Shown piece by piece: positions 47,566 through 57,212 of a DNA stretch of 62,047 nt (positions are counted from its first letter, which is position 1; every line of letters begins with the position of its first letter). The notes beneath the pieces are model-generated. The model was not told the DNA's origin. It saw only the letters and a program-made list of their open reading frames with translations, and ran no database searches. Source of the DNA: Candidatus Limnocylindrales bacterium (GTDB taxonomy: Bacteria; Chloroflexota; Limnocylindria; Limnocylindrales; CSP1-4); NCBI GenBank assembly GCA_049520815.1, contig JBEKPL010000004.1, forward strand, positions 1 to 62,047, in the 5' to 3' direction. The translations under genes and the position numbers were made by a program.

Positions 47566-47834
47566 CGTATGTCCCTACACCTTTCAGTGGCGGTCCACCT
47601 GCCCGATCAGCCAGGCCGTGAACCTATCCATGTCGATGCAATGAATGTAAAGGTCGTTACTGATTTCTTAGGGTGCCGTTGGTCCCGAAGGTCCCGGTCC
47701 GGTCGGACCCTTTAGAACAGCATCAAAGTCAGTGTTCGGAATGGGCGGTACGTCGAGCGCCACGCGGGGCCCGCCATTGGACCGAGTGAGGCCGATCGAC
47801 GGGGCGGCACGACCCGTCAGCGGAGCGGCACGAG

Positions 47835-49589
47835 CTAGGCGGCCCCCGGCGGCAAGTGGACGGCGGACAGGGAATCGGGGTCGGCGGCGGCCACTTCCGG
47901 CGGCGCGGGCCGAATGCCGAAGTTGCCGGAACGAAGGAGGCGCGTGGCCACGTCCCGGCGCAGCTCCCTGGGGAGTGGCTCGATGGGATCGCGCTCCGCG
48001 GCCGTGTGGAGCGCCACGAGAGACCGGCCGCTGCCGTCGTGCTCAACGACGATGGTCCGCAACAGGGCCGTGGCCAGGCCGCGGCGCCGCCAACCCGGGG
48101 CCACGCCCAGGGCCACCAACTCGTCCGGGCCATCGAGCGGACCCGGCGCCGTCAGCGCGACTCCGACCAGCCACTCCCCGATGACCGCGCCCGTTGCGAC
48201 GGCGCCGTCCCGTACCGCCGCCCGCAGGAGAGCCAACCCATCGGCCGGGTCGGCGGGTCCGACCGTGCGGGGCGCGAGCGCCACGCGATCGAGGATCGCC
48301 GGTGTGAGCGCCAGGACCGCGGGGTTGGCCTCGGGTGCGGCCGGCGGCGCTTCTGCCGCCGACGCGGCGCTCGTCGGTGAGCCGCGCCCCTCCCCATCGA
48401 ACCGCCACCAACCCTCGCGCTCGGCAGCGCGCAGCAGGGCTGGCACCGTAACCGTTCGAACAAGCGAAACCGTTCGCTCGTCTCTTTCGGCTGCAGCCGG
48501 GCTCACCGAGCGCTCCGCCGGCAGATCCGGTTCATCCTCGAAGCCGGAGGGCAGCGGGGAGTCGTCCCAGCGCGCCGCGTCGGCGGCCCACCGCGCCCGC
48601 CAGGCTTGGGGGAGCAGCCGCGGCGCCTCCCGGTGCGCGGCCGCCAGCCACGTCAGGGCCCACGCCCGCGGCACGACCCGATACACGGAGTACCCGCCAC
48701 CGCCGGTCGCCAGCCACCGGCCGCCCGCGTACCGGTGCGCAATCCGGTCGACCAGCCGGGCCGCCTCGCCCATCGCCGTCGTCGTCAGCGAGAGGTGCGC
48801 CAGCGGATCCCAGACGTGGCCATCGGCGCCGTGCTGGCTGACCACCACGTCCGGACCGAACGCGGCGGCCAGCGCCGGGACCACGCCACGCAGCGCGGCC
48901 AGCCACGCCTTCGGTCCGCTGAGCGGCTCGAGCGGCACGTTCACGCAGGTCCCCGCCGCGATCCCCTCCCCCAGCTCGTCGACGAAGCCCGTCCCCGGGA
49001 AGAGCGACCGGCCCGACTCGTGAACGGAAACCGTCAGCACGCCGGGGTCGGCCGCGTGCAGCGCCTGGACGCCGTCGCCGTGGTGGACGTCGAGGTCCAC
49101 GTAGAGGACGCGCAGGCCATCGCGCCGCGCTCTGGCTATCGCCAGGGCGACGTCGTTGTAGATGCAGAAGCCACTCGCACGGGCTCGCATGGCGTGGTGG
49201 AGCCCGCCGCCAGGGTGGTAGGCATGCTCCGCCTCGCCACGCAGGATCGTCTCCATGGCCCGGATCGAGCCGCCGGCCACGGCCGCCGCCGCCTCGTGCA
49301 TCCCCGCGAAAGCCGGATCGTCCCCAGGCCCGATCCCCGCCTGGGGCTCGCCGGAGGGATGGGCCGAGAAGCGCCGCACTGTCGCGACGTAGTCGGGGGC
49401 ATGGAGCCATTCGAGCTCGGCGTCCGTCGCCGGTTCGGGCGCCAGCCCCGGTTCGGCGCCCACCGCACGCAGCAGCTCTATCCCCGGCCCGAACCGGCGC
49501 GGGCTCAAGGGGTGGTGCGGCCCGAAGTCGTACGTGAGCGAGCGAGGCCCAAAGACCACGAGCGGGCCGCTGCCATTCCGTTCCGCCAT
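47835..49589 (-). CDS. acuC: AcuC-like Zn-dependent deacetylase (HDAC family) fused to a C-terminal GNAT-like domain
   Basis: GGLHHA, SGFCIYND, DLDVHHGDG, GADGH and GGGGY, then ALGVAPGWRRRGLATALL (GNAT motif A). Confidence 0.85.
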   Translation of the reverse strand: MAERNGSGPLVVFGPRSLTYDFGPHHPLSPRRFGPGIELLRAVGAEPGLAPEPATDAELEWLHAPDYVATVRRFSAHPSGEPQAGIGPGDDPAFAGMHEAAAAVAGGSIRAMETILRGEAEHAYHPGGGLHHAMRARASGFCIYNDVALAIARARRDGLRVLYVDLDVHHGDGVQALHAADPGVLTVSVHESGRSLFPGTGFVDELGEGIAAGTCVNVPLEPLSGPKAWLAALRGVVPALAAAFGPDVVVSQHGADGHVWDPLAHLSLTTTAMGEAARLVDRIAHRYAGGRWLATGGGGYSVYRVVPRAWALTWLAAAHREAPRLLPQAWRARWAADAARWDDSPLPSGFEDEPDLPAERSVSPAAAERDERTVSLVRTVTVPALLRAAEREGWWRFDGEGRGSPTSAASAAEAPPAAPEANPAVLALTPAILDRVALAPRTVGPADPADGLALLRAAVRDGAVATGAVIGEWLVGVALTAPGPLDGPDELVALGVAPGWRRRGLATALLRTIVVEHDGSGRSLVALHTAAERDPIEPLPRELRRDVATRLLRSGNFGIRPAPPEVAAADPDSLSAVHLPPGAA

Positions 49590-49954
49590 GGCCGAATGAT
49601 CGCGCTGCCGGTCAAAGTCGTCTCGACCGGGCCGGTGAGCGCCCAGTGGGGACGCTTAGGCCCTCAATCTGGACATATTCCAACCCGGGCAGCACTAGGC
49701 GAGATCATCCGCGTCGCGCGAGTCCCTGACTCGGCAAATGGCCCGGCCGAGAGCACGAGTTGAGCACGAAGGCAACTCGATTTGGCCGCCAATGGCTCGA
49801 TTCGACCGGTGAGGCCTGGCCAATGCTACGGGGGTTGGCATTTGGCAGGACCGTGCGGTGCGGCGAAACCAAACGCCCGCGCAGAGGCCGATGAGCTTCC
49901 CCTGCCGACCCAAACCGCCTGCGGCCGGCACACCAGCCGCGTTACGCTGCCGTA

Positions 49955-50476
49955 GTGAGCACGTCCGAGACCTCGTTCCTGATCCGCCCCGTCCGCCCCG
50001 ATGAGTACGAGGCCCTCGGTGACCTGACCGTGGCGGCCTATCACGCCATCCCGACCGAGATGCCTCACCAGGCGATCTACGACCTCCAGCTGCGCGATGT
50101 GGCGCGGCGGGCCCAGACCTCGTGCGTGCTGGTGGCGGTCGGAGAGACGGGCGAGCTGCTCGGCGGCGTGACCTACGTATCCGGCCCGGACGACCCGTAC
50201 TCCGAGGAGCTACGGGACGGTGAGGCCGGCATTCGGATGCTGGCCGTGGACCCGGCTCACCAGGGAGCCGGCATCGGACGCGCCCTGACGAGAGCCTGTC
50301 TCGAGACCGCCCGGGCCGCCGGCCGCACTCGCCTGGTCCTGCACACGGGGGCGTTCATGCCCGCCGCCGTCCACCTGTATGAGGCAATGGGTTTCGAGCG
50401 CCTGCCCGCTCTCGACTTCGCGCCGGCCCCGGGGATCGACCTGATCGCCTACGCCTTCGAGCTCGTCGGCCAGTGA
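49955..50476 (+). CDS. GNAT-family N-acetyltransferase
   Basis: RMLAVDPAHQGAGIGRAL and AVHLYEAMGF. Confidence 0.92.
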   Translation: MSTSETSFLIRPVRPDEYEALGDLTVAAYHAIPTEMPHQAIYDLQLRDVARRAQTSCVLVAVGETGELLGGVTYVSGPDDPYSEELRDGEAGIRMLAVDPAHQGAGIGRALTRACLETARAAGRTRLVLHTGAFMPAAVHLYEAMGFERLPALDFAPAPGIDLIAYAFELVGQ

Positions 50477-50480
50477 CCGG

Positions 50481-51809
50481 CTAGTCGACCGAGGGAGCGC
50501 CGCCCGGCCCCGCGGGCGCCGGAACCGGCGCCACACCGCTGGGCCGGCCCTGACCCAAGCGCGGCACCGCCCCGCGTAGCACCGCGATCGCCGCCACTGC
50601 TTCCGCGCCCAGGGCGACCGCCCCGTTCATGACCAGCGCCGCGGGCGTACCCCACAGGCCGCCGACGCCGCCCGTGAGCCCGTTCCCGATCGGCGTGGAG
50701 CCTGAGAAGACGGTCGTGTAGACGCTCATGACCCGTCCCCGAAGCGGACCTGGAACGGTGATCTGGACCAGCGAGTTGGCGCTGGCCGCGGTCGCGATCG
50801 CGCCCACTCCGCAGAAGAAGACCGCGACCATCGCAAGCGGATATGCGGTCGTGCTGGCCAGGACAAGCTCGGCCGCTCCGAGGATCATGCCGCCTCCGAT
50901 CAGCACCCGAATGTGCGGCCGCCGCAGCGTGGCGACGGCCAGGGCCGACGTCAGCGCCCCGGCTCCCATCGCCGCGAAGAGCATCCCGTAACCGCCGGAA
51001 CCGACGTTCAGGACGCGGGCGGCCATCACCGGCAGAACCACGTTGAAGTTCATGCCGAAGGTCGAGACGAACCCGACCACGGTGATCGCGAGCAGCACTA
51101 TCGGCGTGCGCCAGACGTATTTGAGACCCTCGGCCAGGTTCCCCCGGACCTCCACCAGGCTCCTGGGCATAGCCAGTCTGTCGGCCGGCCTCAGTTCCGC
51201 GTCCCTCATGGCCAGCAGCCCGATGACGACCGCCCCGTAGCTGAGCCCGTTGAGAATGAAGCACAGCGCGGTACCCAGAACTCCGATCAGGATCCCGGCG
51301 ATCGCCGGGCCAACGATCCTCGCGCCGTTGAAGACGGCCGAGTTGAGGGCGATCGCGTTGGCGACGTCGTCGTGACCCACCATCTCCACCACGAAGGACT
51401 GGCGAGACGGCATGTCGACCGCGTTGACGATGCCCAGCAGGAACGCCAGCACGAAGATGTGCCAGGCCGCTACAAAGTGGAAGTAGTCGAGCCCGCCCAG
51501 GGTGAGGGCCAGCAGGCCCGCCGCGCACTGCGTGCCGATCACCGTGAACCGCTTGGGCCAGATGTCGGCGATGATCCCGCCGAACAGGCCGAGCCCCAGA
51601 ACGGGCAGGAACTGGACCACGCCCAGCAGGCCGATGTACACGACCGCCTGGTCCCACCCGACGAGGGTCCCAAGGAGCCAGGCCTGGGCCAGCGTCTGCA
51701 TCCACGTTCCGGTGACGGAGATCAGCTGGCCAAAGAAGAAGAGGCGGAAGTTGCGGTGCCTCAGGGCCCGCCCGGCGGCCAGGAAGCGGACCCGCCCGCC
51801 GACGATCAT
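50481..51809 (-). CDS. MFS transporter (EntS/MFS_3-like exporter)
   Basis: ALRHRNFRLFFFGQLISVTGTWMQ, ANAIALNS and LRGRVMS. Confidence 0.9.
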   Translation of the reverse strand: MIVGGRVRFLAAGRALRHRNFRLFFFGQLISVTGTWMQTLAQAWLLGTLVGWDQAVVYIGLLGVVQFLPVLGLGLFGGIIADIWPKRFTVIGTQCAAGLLALTLGGLDYFHFVAAWHIFVLAFLLGIVNAVDMPSRQSFVVEMVGHDDVANAIALNSAVFNGARIVGPAIAGILIGVLGTALCFILNGLSYGAVVIGLLAMRDAELRPADRLAMPRSLVEVRGNLAEGLKYVWRTPIVLLAITVVGFVSTFGMNFNVVLPVMAARVLNVGSGGYGMLFAAMGAGALTSALAVATLRRPHIRVLIGGGMILGAAELVLASTTAYPLAMVAVFFCGVGAIATAASANSLVQITVPGPLRGRVMSVYTTVFSGSTPIGNGLTGGVGGLWGTPAALVMNGAVALGAEAVAAIAVLRGAVPRLGQGRPSGVAPVPAPAGPGGAPSVD

Positions 51810-52270
51810 CGGGTGGCCTCGCTCTCGGCATCGATCTTCGCGACGGTTTGGGCACGGCGCCCTGCGGTCTCGTCCACCATGGTCTGGAGTCGATCGATCT
51901 TGGTCCGCAGCATCGCGATCTGATGGTCGTACCGGGTGACGCGGTCGCGCAGGATCTGGAGTCGTTCGCTCGGATCGGCGGTGGCGTGGTAGGCCTCGTG
52001 GCCGCGCTCCCGAGCTGCTTCGTCCTCGAGCAGCTGGGCTATCTCCGCCAGAGAGAAGCCGGCATCGTCGCGCAGCCCTTTGATGAAGCGCAGCCGCTCC
52101 AGGTCCGTGTCGTCGTACAGCCGATAGTCGCCAATGGAGCGTGCCGCCGGCCGCAGCAAGCCCACCTCCTCGTAGTACCGAACCGATCGGGGCGTCAAGC
52201 CGACCTCGATTGCGGCCTCCTGGATGCGTAGCAGCCGGCCCGGCTCGGTCGGGCTCGTCCTCGTGTCCAT
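51806..52270 (-). CDS. MerR-family transcriptional regulator
   Basis: RSVRYYEEVGLL, YRLY and GFSLAEI. Confidence 0.93.
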   Translation of the reverse strand: MDTRTSPTEPGRLLRIQEAAIEVGLTPRSVRYYEEVGLLRPAARSIGDYRLYDDTDLERLRFIKGLRDDAGFSLAEIAQLLEDEAARERGHEAYHATADPSERLQILRDRVTRYDHQIAMLRTKIDRLQTMVDETAGRRAQTVAKIDAESEATR

Positions 52271-52289
52271 GATGGATCCATCCTAGCCC

Positions 52290-52313
52290 AACCTTGCCGT
52301 TTACGTGAAAGTT
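52290..52313. promoter_or_regulatory. Candidate MerR operator dyad
   Basis: Imperfect palindrome AACCTTGCCGTTTACGTGAAAGTT just upstream of the merR-like gene's -10 (TAGGAT). Confidence 0.5.
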
Positions 52314-52688
52314 GAGGTCAGACGTCCAGCCACCGACCGCCCGTTTGACTGCGCGGCGGCCGCTCGCACCGATTCCGCGCCCGCTATGATCTGACTTCGG
52401 GCACGAGGAGGTGCCCGGGCGTCTGGTCGAAGAGGAAGCGGCGCGGCGTCGTGGCGAACAGGTGCAGGCTGGTGCGCCTGAGAGCGGCGATAGCCCACCA
52501 CATCACTGCCCCCAGCTGAGACGGTGCGGAGCCAATCCGGCTCCCGTTTCGCTCCTTCCTCATCCAGGCGCCGCTCCGCCGCCCCGTCAATACCGGCCCC
52601 GGTCGGCTCATGGCGTCCCGTCGCCAGCAGCCAGGAGACGCTCAGTTCGGCGATCCAGTCCAACCGTCACCACTGGAAAGGGATCGAA

Positions 52689-54281
52689 ATGGGGAACCTG
52701 AGAAGGCCCAACGCGAACGAAGTAACGGGCTCCGTCAACCGATCGCGCAGCGTCGTCCCGATGTCGGGCCTGTGCACCGCCTGCCACGACGGCTGCACGG
52801 GTGGCTGCGAGATATTCCTGGCAACGATGCGCGGTCGAGAACTGCTCTACCCGCAGAACTTCGGCGAGGTCACTGCCGGGGCGGACAAGAACTACCCGAT
52901 CGACTACTCGCACCTGAACATCCAGGGCTACGCCGTCGGAGCCGAGGGTCTGCCCGAAGGCGAGGTGCCCGGTCCTGACACGGCGCTCTTCCCACGAGTT
53001 GACACCGAGACCGAGTACGGCTGGGACAAGAAGGTGAAGATGAAGATGCCTGTCTTCACCGGCGCTTTGGGCTCGACTGAGATAGCCCGGCGCAACTGGG
53101 AGCACTTTGCCGTCGGCGCCGCCCTCGCCGGGGTGACGCTGGTCTGCGGCGAGAACGTCTGCGGCATCGACACCGAACTCGAGGTGACGCCAAAGGGCAA
53201 GGTTGCCAAGTCGCCCGAGATGGACCGCCGCATCGAGACCTATCGGCGCTATCAGAGCGACTACGGCGAGATCCTCGTCCAGATGAACGTCGAGGACACG
53301 CGCCTGGGCGTGGCCGAGTACGTCCTCGAGAAGCACGGCCTCCAGACCATCGAGCTCAAGTGGGGCCAGGGCGCCAAGTGCATCGGCGGCGAGATCAAGG
53401 TCAAGACCCTCGATCGGGCCCTCGAGCTGGCGCGACGCGGCTACGTCGTCCTGCCGGACCCGAACATCCCCGACGTCCAGCTCTCGTATCAGGACGGTGC
53501 AATCCGCGAGTTCGAGCGCCACTCGCGGCTCGGATTCGTCACCCGGGAAGGCTTCCTGGCTGAGTGCGAGCGGCTCCGCAAGCTCGGCTTCGAACGGATC
53601 ACACTCAAGACGGGGGCCTACTCGCCGGTAGAGCTGGCGATGGCCCTACGCTACGGCGCCGAAGCCAAGATCGACCTGCTGACCATCGACGGCGCTCCCG
53701 GCGGCACCGGCATGAGCCCGTGGCCGATGATGAACGAGTGGGGCGTTCCCTCTATCTACCTCCACTCGCTTGCCTACCAGTATTGCAAGCAGCTCGAGTC
53801 GCGCGGAATCCGACCGCCCGACCTCGCCTTCGCCGGTGGTTTCTCGACCGAGGACGGCATCTTCAAGGCTCTGGCCCTCGGCAGCCCGTACGTGAAAGCG
53901 GTCTGCATGGGCCGAGCGCTGATGATCCCGGGCATGGTCGGCAAGAACATCGGCATCTGGTTCGAAGAGGAGAGGGTGCCGCGTCTGGTCCAGAAGTACG
54001 GCACCCGCGTCGAGGAAGTCTTCATCTGCTGGGAAGAGCTGAAGGCGACCTACGGAGAGGCGATCCACGAGATCCCGCTGGGCGCCATCGGCATCTTCAC
54101 CTTCGCACAGAAGATGCAGATCGGACTCCAGCAGCTCATGGCCGGCAGCCGCAACTTCCGCCTGGCGACGATCGGCCGCAACGACCTGATGTCGTTGACC
54201 GAGGAGTGCGCCAAGGTAACCGGCATCCCGTACGTCATGAACGCGTACGAGAAGGAAGTCGCGGCAATCCTCGAGTCTTAG
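52689..54281 (+). CDS. FMN-binding glutamate synthase family protein (stand-alone GltB domain-2 type)
   Basis: N-terminal CxxCxxxCxxxC, ELKWGQGAK, TIDGAPGGTG and FAGG. Start moved to ATG 52689. Confidence 0.88.
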   Translation: MGNLRRPNANEVTGSVNRSRSVVPMSGLCTACHDGCTGGCEIFLATMRGRELLYPQNFGEVTAGADKNYPIDYSHLNIQGYAVGAEGLPEGEVPGPDTALFPRVDTETEYGWDKKVKMKMPVFTGALGSTEIARRNWEHFAVGAALAGVTLVCGENVCGIDTELEVTPKGKVAKSPEMDRRIETYRRYQSDYGEILVQMNVEDTRLGVAEYVLEKHGLQTIELKWGQGAKCIGGEIKVKTLDRALELARRGYVVLPDPNIPDVQLSYQDGAIREFERHSRLGFVTREGFLAECERLRKLGFERITLKTGAYSPVELAMALRYGAEAKIDLLTIDGAPGGTGMSPWPMMNEWGVPSIYLHSLAYQYCKQLESRGIRPPDLAFAGGFSTEDGIFKALALGSPYVKAVCMGRALMIPGMVGKNIGIWFEEERVPRLVQKYGTRVEEVFICWEELKATYGEAIHEIPLGAIGIFTFAQKMQIGLQQLMAGSRNFRLATIGRNDLMSLTEECAKVTGIPYVMNAYEKEVAAILES

Positions 54282-54409
54282 CCCGGATCCACCTCCGAGC
54301 CGGGCGGCACCGCGCAACACCGGAGCGTCCTTCTGGACACGCCCGGATGTCGCGCTATGCTCGCGCTTCGCGGCCCTCCGGGAGGGGTCGCGGAGCGAGG
54401 TGACATGTC

Positions 54410-55321
54410 ATGGCGCGTTCGATGTGGAAGGGGGCTATCCAGTTCGGCCTGGTAACCATTCCCGTCAAGCTCTATCTGGCGACGGAATCGAAGGGCGTGA
54501 GCTTCCACATGCTCCACGCCGACTGCCACGGCCGGATCCAGATGAAGACGTACTGTCCCACCGACGACGCCTACATCGAGCGCAGCGACACGGTCCGCGG
54601 CTACGAGATGGCGCCCGGCCAGTACGTGGTCGTCACCGACGAGGATCTGGCCTCGGTGCCGCTCAAGACGGTCCGGTCCATCGAGATCGAGCAGTTCGTG
54701 CCGGTCGACTCCGCCGGCGAGGCCACTCGCTTCGTCAAGCAGGCGTACTACCTGGAGCCCGATCCGATCGCTCGCAAGGCCTTCTACCTGCTGAGGCAGG
54801 TCCTCGCCGACCGCGGCCTGCGGGCCATCGGCAAGATCGTTCTTCGCGATCGCGAGCAACTGGTCGCCATCGACCCGTTCTCCTCGACGATGCTCCTGTC
54901 CACGCTGTACTGGCCCGACGAAGTCAGGTCCACCGCCGAGCTGGCACTGCCTGAAGACGGGGCCGAGATCAAGCCGGGCGAACGGGCCATGGCCGAGCAG
55001 CTCGTCGCGGCTATGACGGCCGAATTCGATCCCGCCGGTTTCCACGACGAGTACCGCGAGGCGCTGATGGCGATCATCGAGGCCAAGGCCGCGGGATCCG
55101 AGCTTGCCGAGCCCATGGCGGCGCCGGCCGCCGGCTTGACGGACCTGATGGCGGCTCTCGAAGCCAGCGTCGCCGCCGCCAGGGCGGCGCGTGAAACGAA
55201 GGCGCCCGAACTGATGGCGGCCGCGGCCGGCAAGAAGCGCTCCCGCACGCCAGCGCCCGTTGCCGCCGGGACCGCCGCCCCAGCCGAGGCCGCGCCGGTC
55301 CGCCGCCGCAAGTCAGCCTGA
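54410..55321 (+). CDS. ku: NHEJ DNA-end-binding protein Ku
   Basis: WKGAIQFGLVTIPVKLY, YYLEP, DLMAALEAS and a basic tail. Confidence 0.96.
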   Translation: MARSMWKGAIQFGLVTIPVKLYLATESKGVSFHMLHADCHGRIQMKTYCPTDDAYIERSDTVRGYEMAPGQYVVVTDEDLASVPLKTVRSIEIEQFVPVDSAGEATRFVKQAYYLEPDPIARKAFYLLRQVLADRGLRAIGKIVLRDREQLVAIDPFSSTMLLSTLYWPDEVRSTAELALPEDGAEIKPGERAMAEQLVAAMTAEFDPAGFHDEYREALMAIIEAKAAGSELAEPMAAPAAGLTDLMAALEASVAAARAARETKAPELMAAAAGKKRSRTPAPVAAGTAAPAEAAPVRRRKSA

Positions 55322-55339
55322 GTCGAGGACGGCACGCGA

Positions 55340-55428
55340 GCGGCGCTTGCTCGCCGTCGACCGTCGCTTCGCACAAAGCCGCAAGCGGCTCAGAGTGCTT
55401 CGCGAGCGGTCGCGGCTCCCGTCGCCGC
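55340..55428 (-). repeat. 89-bp long-hairpin intergenic repeat, copy A (inverted)
   Basis: Its reverse complement matches 56201-56289 at 85 of 89 positions. Confidence 0.92.
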
Positions 55429-55485
55429 TCATGAGCGGCCGGCATTCGCTGGCCTAGTCCGCCGGCGTTCGCTACCCTACGGCGC

Positions 55486-56157
55486 ATGTCCGGACACCCC
55501 TGGCCGCTGTTCGACCTTCGACTTCGAACGCCGCGTCTCGAGCTGCGCCTCCCGACCGATGACGACCTGCTGGCCCTGGCAAAGGTCGCTCGAGCCGGCA
55601 TCATGGAGGAGGGTCAGGTCTTCTTCGCCGTCCCGTGGCACGACCTCCCCTCGCCCGCCTTCGAGCGCCAGTTCCTCCAACACTGTTGGAAGTCGCGCGG
55701 CAGCTGGTCACCCACGAACTGGACTCTCGGGCTGGCCGTCGTGACGGAGGGCCAGCCGATCGGCATTCAGGACGTCATGGCCGAGCAGTTCGCCATCCGG
55801 CGTACCGTCCTGACCGCCAGCTGGCTCGGCGCCGCCTACCAGGCGCGCGGCTACGGGACGGAGATGCGTGCTGCCGTCCTCGCCCTCGCCTTCGACGGCC
55901 TGGGCGCCGAGAGAGCCGAGTCCGGCTACTTCCCCGGCAACGCCGCTTCGGCTCGCATCTCCGAGAAGCTCGGCTACGCGCCCAACGGCGAGGAGGTCTT
56001 TGCCGTGGCCGGCGAGCGCGTGGTCGAAAGCCGCGTCCGTGTGACGCGAGACACGTGGCGGCGCGAGCTTGTGCCGGTCACAATCGAGGGTCTGGAGCCG
56101 TGCCTGAGGCTGTTTGGCGTAGGCGAGCTCGGCCCGGACGAGTGGGCGCGCCTCTAG
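55486..56157 (+). CDS. RimJ/RimL-type GNAT acyltransferase (Rv0802c-like)
   Basis: WPLFDLRLRTPRLELRLP, SWLGAAYQARGYGTEMR and NAASARISEKLGY. Confidence 0.88.
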   Translation: MSGHPWPLFDLRLRTPRLELRLPTDDDLLALAKVARAGIMEEGQVFFAVPWHDLPSPAFERQFLQHCWKSRGSWSPTNWTLGLAVVTEGQPIGIQDVMAEQFAIRRTVLTASWLGAAYQARGYGTEMRAAVLALAFDGLGAERAESGYFPGNAASARISEKLGYAPNGEEVFAVAGERVVESRVRVTRDTWRRELVPVTIEGLEPCLRLFGVGELGPDEWARL

Positions 56158-56200
56158 GCAGATGCGCCGCGCCGCGGTGCCGCCGCTCGTGATGGGCTGC

Positions 56201-56378
56201 GCGGCGACGGGAGCTGCGACCGCTCGCGCAGCACTCTGAGCCGCTTGCGGCTATGTGCGAAGCGACGGTCGACAGCGAGCAAGCGCCGCGCGGCGACGGG
56301 AGCTGCGACCGCTCGCGCAGCACTCTGAGCCGCTTGCGGCTATGTGCGGAGCGACGGTCGACAGCGAGCAAGCGCCGC
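56201..56378 (+). repeat. 89-bp long-hairpin intergenic repeat, tandem copies B and C
   Basis: 56201-56289 and 56290-56378 differ at one base. Confidence 0.93.
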
Positions 56379-56401
56379 GCGCGGGCGGCTCTGTGTCGGG
56401 A

Positions 56402-57067
56402 CTACCGGTCGCCGGCGCGGCGCCCCACGATCCACCACGCGCACGGGAAGATCCCGGCCGCGATGGCGAGCTTGATCGTGTCTCCGATCAGGAAGGGCGT
56501 CAGGCCCTTCTCGATCGCGACCTGCGGCGAGAGGTGCAGCGATACGGCCAGCCACGGCACGCCGATGAGGTAGATCGCGACCTCGCCCAGGATCATCGCT
56601 CCGACGGCACCGCCGATGTGGCGGTCCCAACCGTTCTCCGCCAGCCACCCAACCAGGGCCGCGGCGAAGAGGAAGCTGACTAGGTAGCCGCCGACCGGTG
56701 CAATCGCCACGCCGCTCCCGCCGACGCTGGCGATGGTGCCAAGGCCGTGGGCCTGGTTAGCGTAGACGGGCAGGAAGAGGCCGAGGGCCAAGTACAGGGC
56801 GACCGAGAGCAGCCCGCGGCGGAGGCCCAGGGCCCCGCCGACGACCAGCACGGAGAGCGTCTGGCCTGTGACCGGAACCGGGTTGTCTGGCAGGCGGAAC
56901 GCGACGTTGGCTGTGACGGCGATGAACACCGCACCGACGCAGATCAAGGCGACGTGGCGGAGCCTGGAGCCCATACGCTCACCGATCCGAATCGGCACGA
57001 GGAAATCGCCCAGGGTGATGCCACGTTCAGCTATTGGCAGGCGGTGCAACTGCGGGGTCGCTAGCAT
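56402..57067 (-). CDS. bioY: Biotin transporter S-component BioY
   Basis: PVPVTGQTL, GGYLVSF, IYLIGVPWL and PFLIGDTIK. Confidence 0.93.
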   Translation of the reverse strand: MLATPQLHRLPIAERGITLGDFLVPIRIGERMGSRLRHVALICVGAVFIAVTANVAFRLPDNPVPVTGQTLSVLVVGGALGLRRGLLSVALYLALGLFLPVYANQAHGLGTIASVGGSGVAIAPVGGYLVSFLFAAALVGWLAENGWDRHIGGAVGAMILGEVAIYLIGVPWLAVSLHLSPQVAIEKGLTPFLIGDTIKLAIAAGIFPCAWWIVGRRAGDR

Positions 57068-57212
57068 GCGTCGGGTTCCTTGTGATGGCGGCGCGGCTGT
57101 GACCTGGACTCGTACTGCCGGTCAGGTGGCAGAGTGTAGCAAACGGGGGCGCGAGGAGGGCGGGCCGGTCCGATGAAGCGCCTCAGCGGGACCGCATGGC
57201 CAGCCATTCGGG

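Noticed and set aside
49600-49940. ncRNA or mobile-element remnant in the acuC-GNAT spacer
   Set aside because: I could not establish a convincing long-range structure, terminal repeats or a credible ORF by eye.
52465-52530. TPP riboswitch (GGTGC...CTGAGA)
   Set aside because: It lacks the downstream ACCTG and GCGNAGGGA elements, and the gene context is unrelated to thiamine.
55340-56378. CRISPR array or integron attC sites
   Set aside because: The units are 89 bp, directly abutting or inverted, with no spacers. There are no cas or intI genes and no RYYYAAC/GTTRRRY cores.
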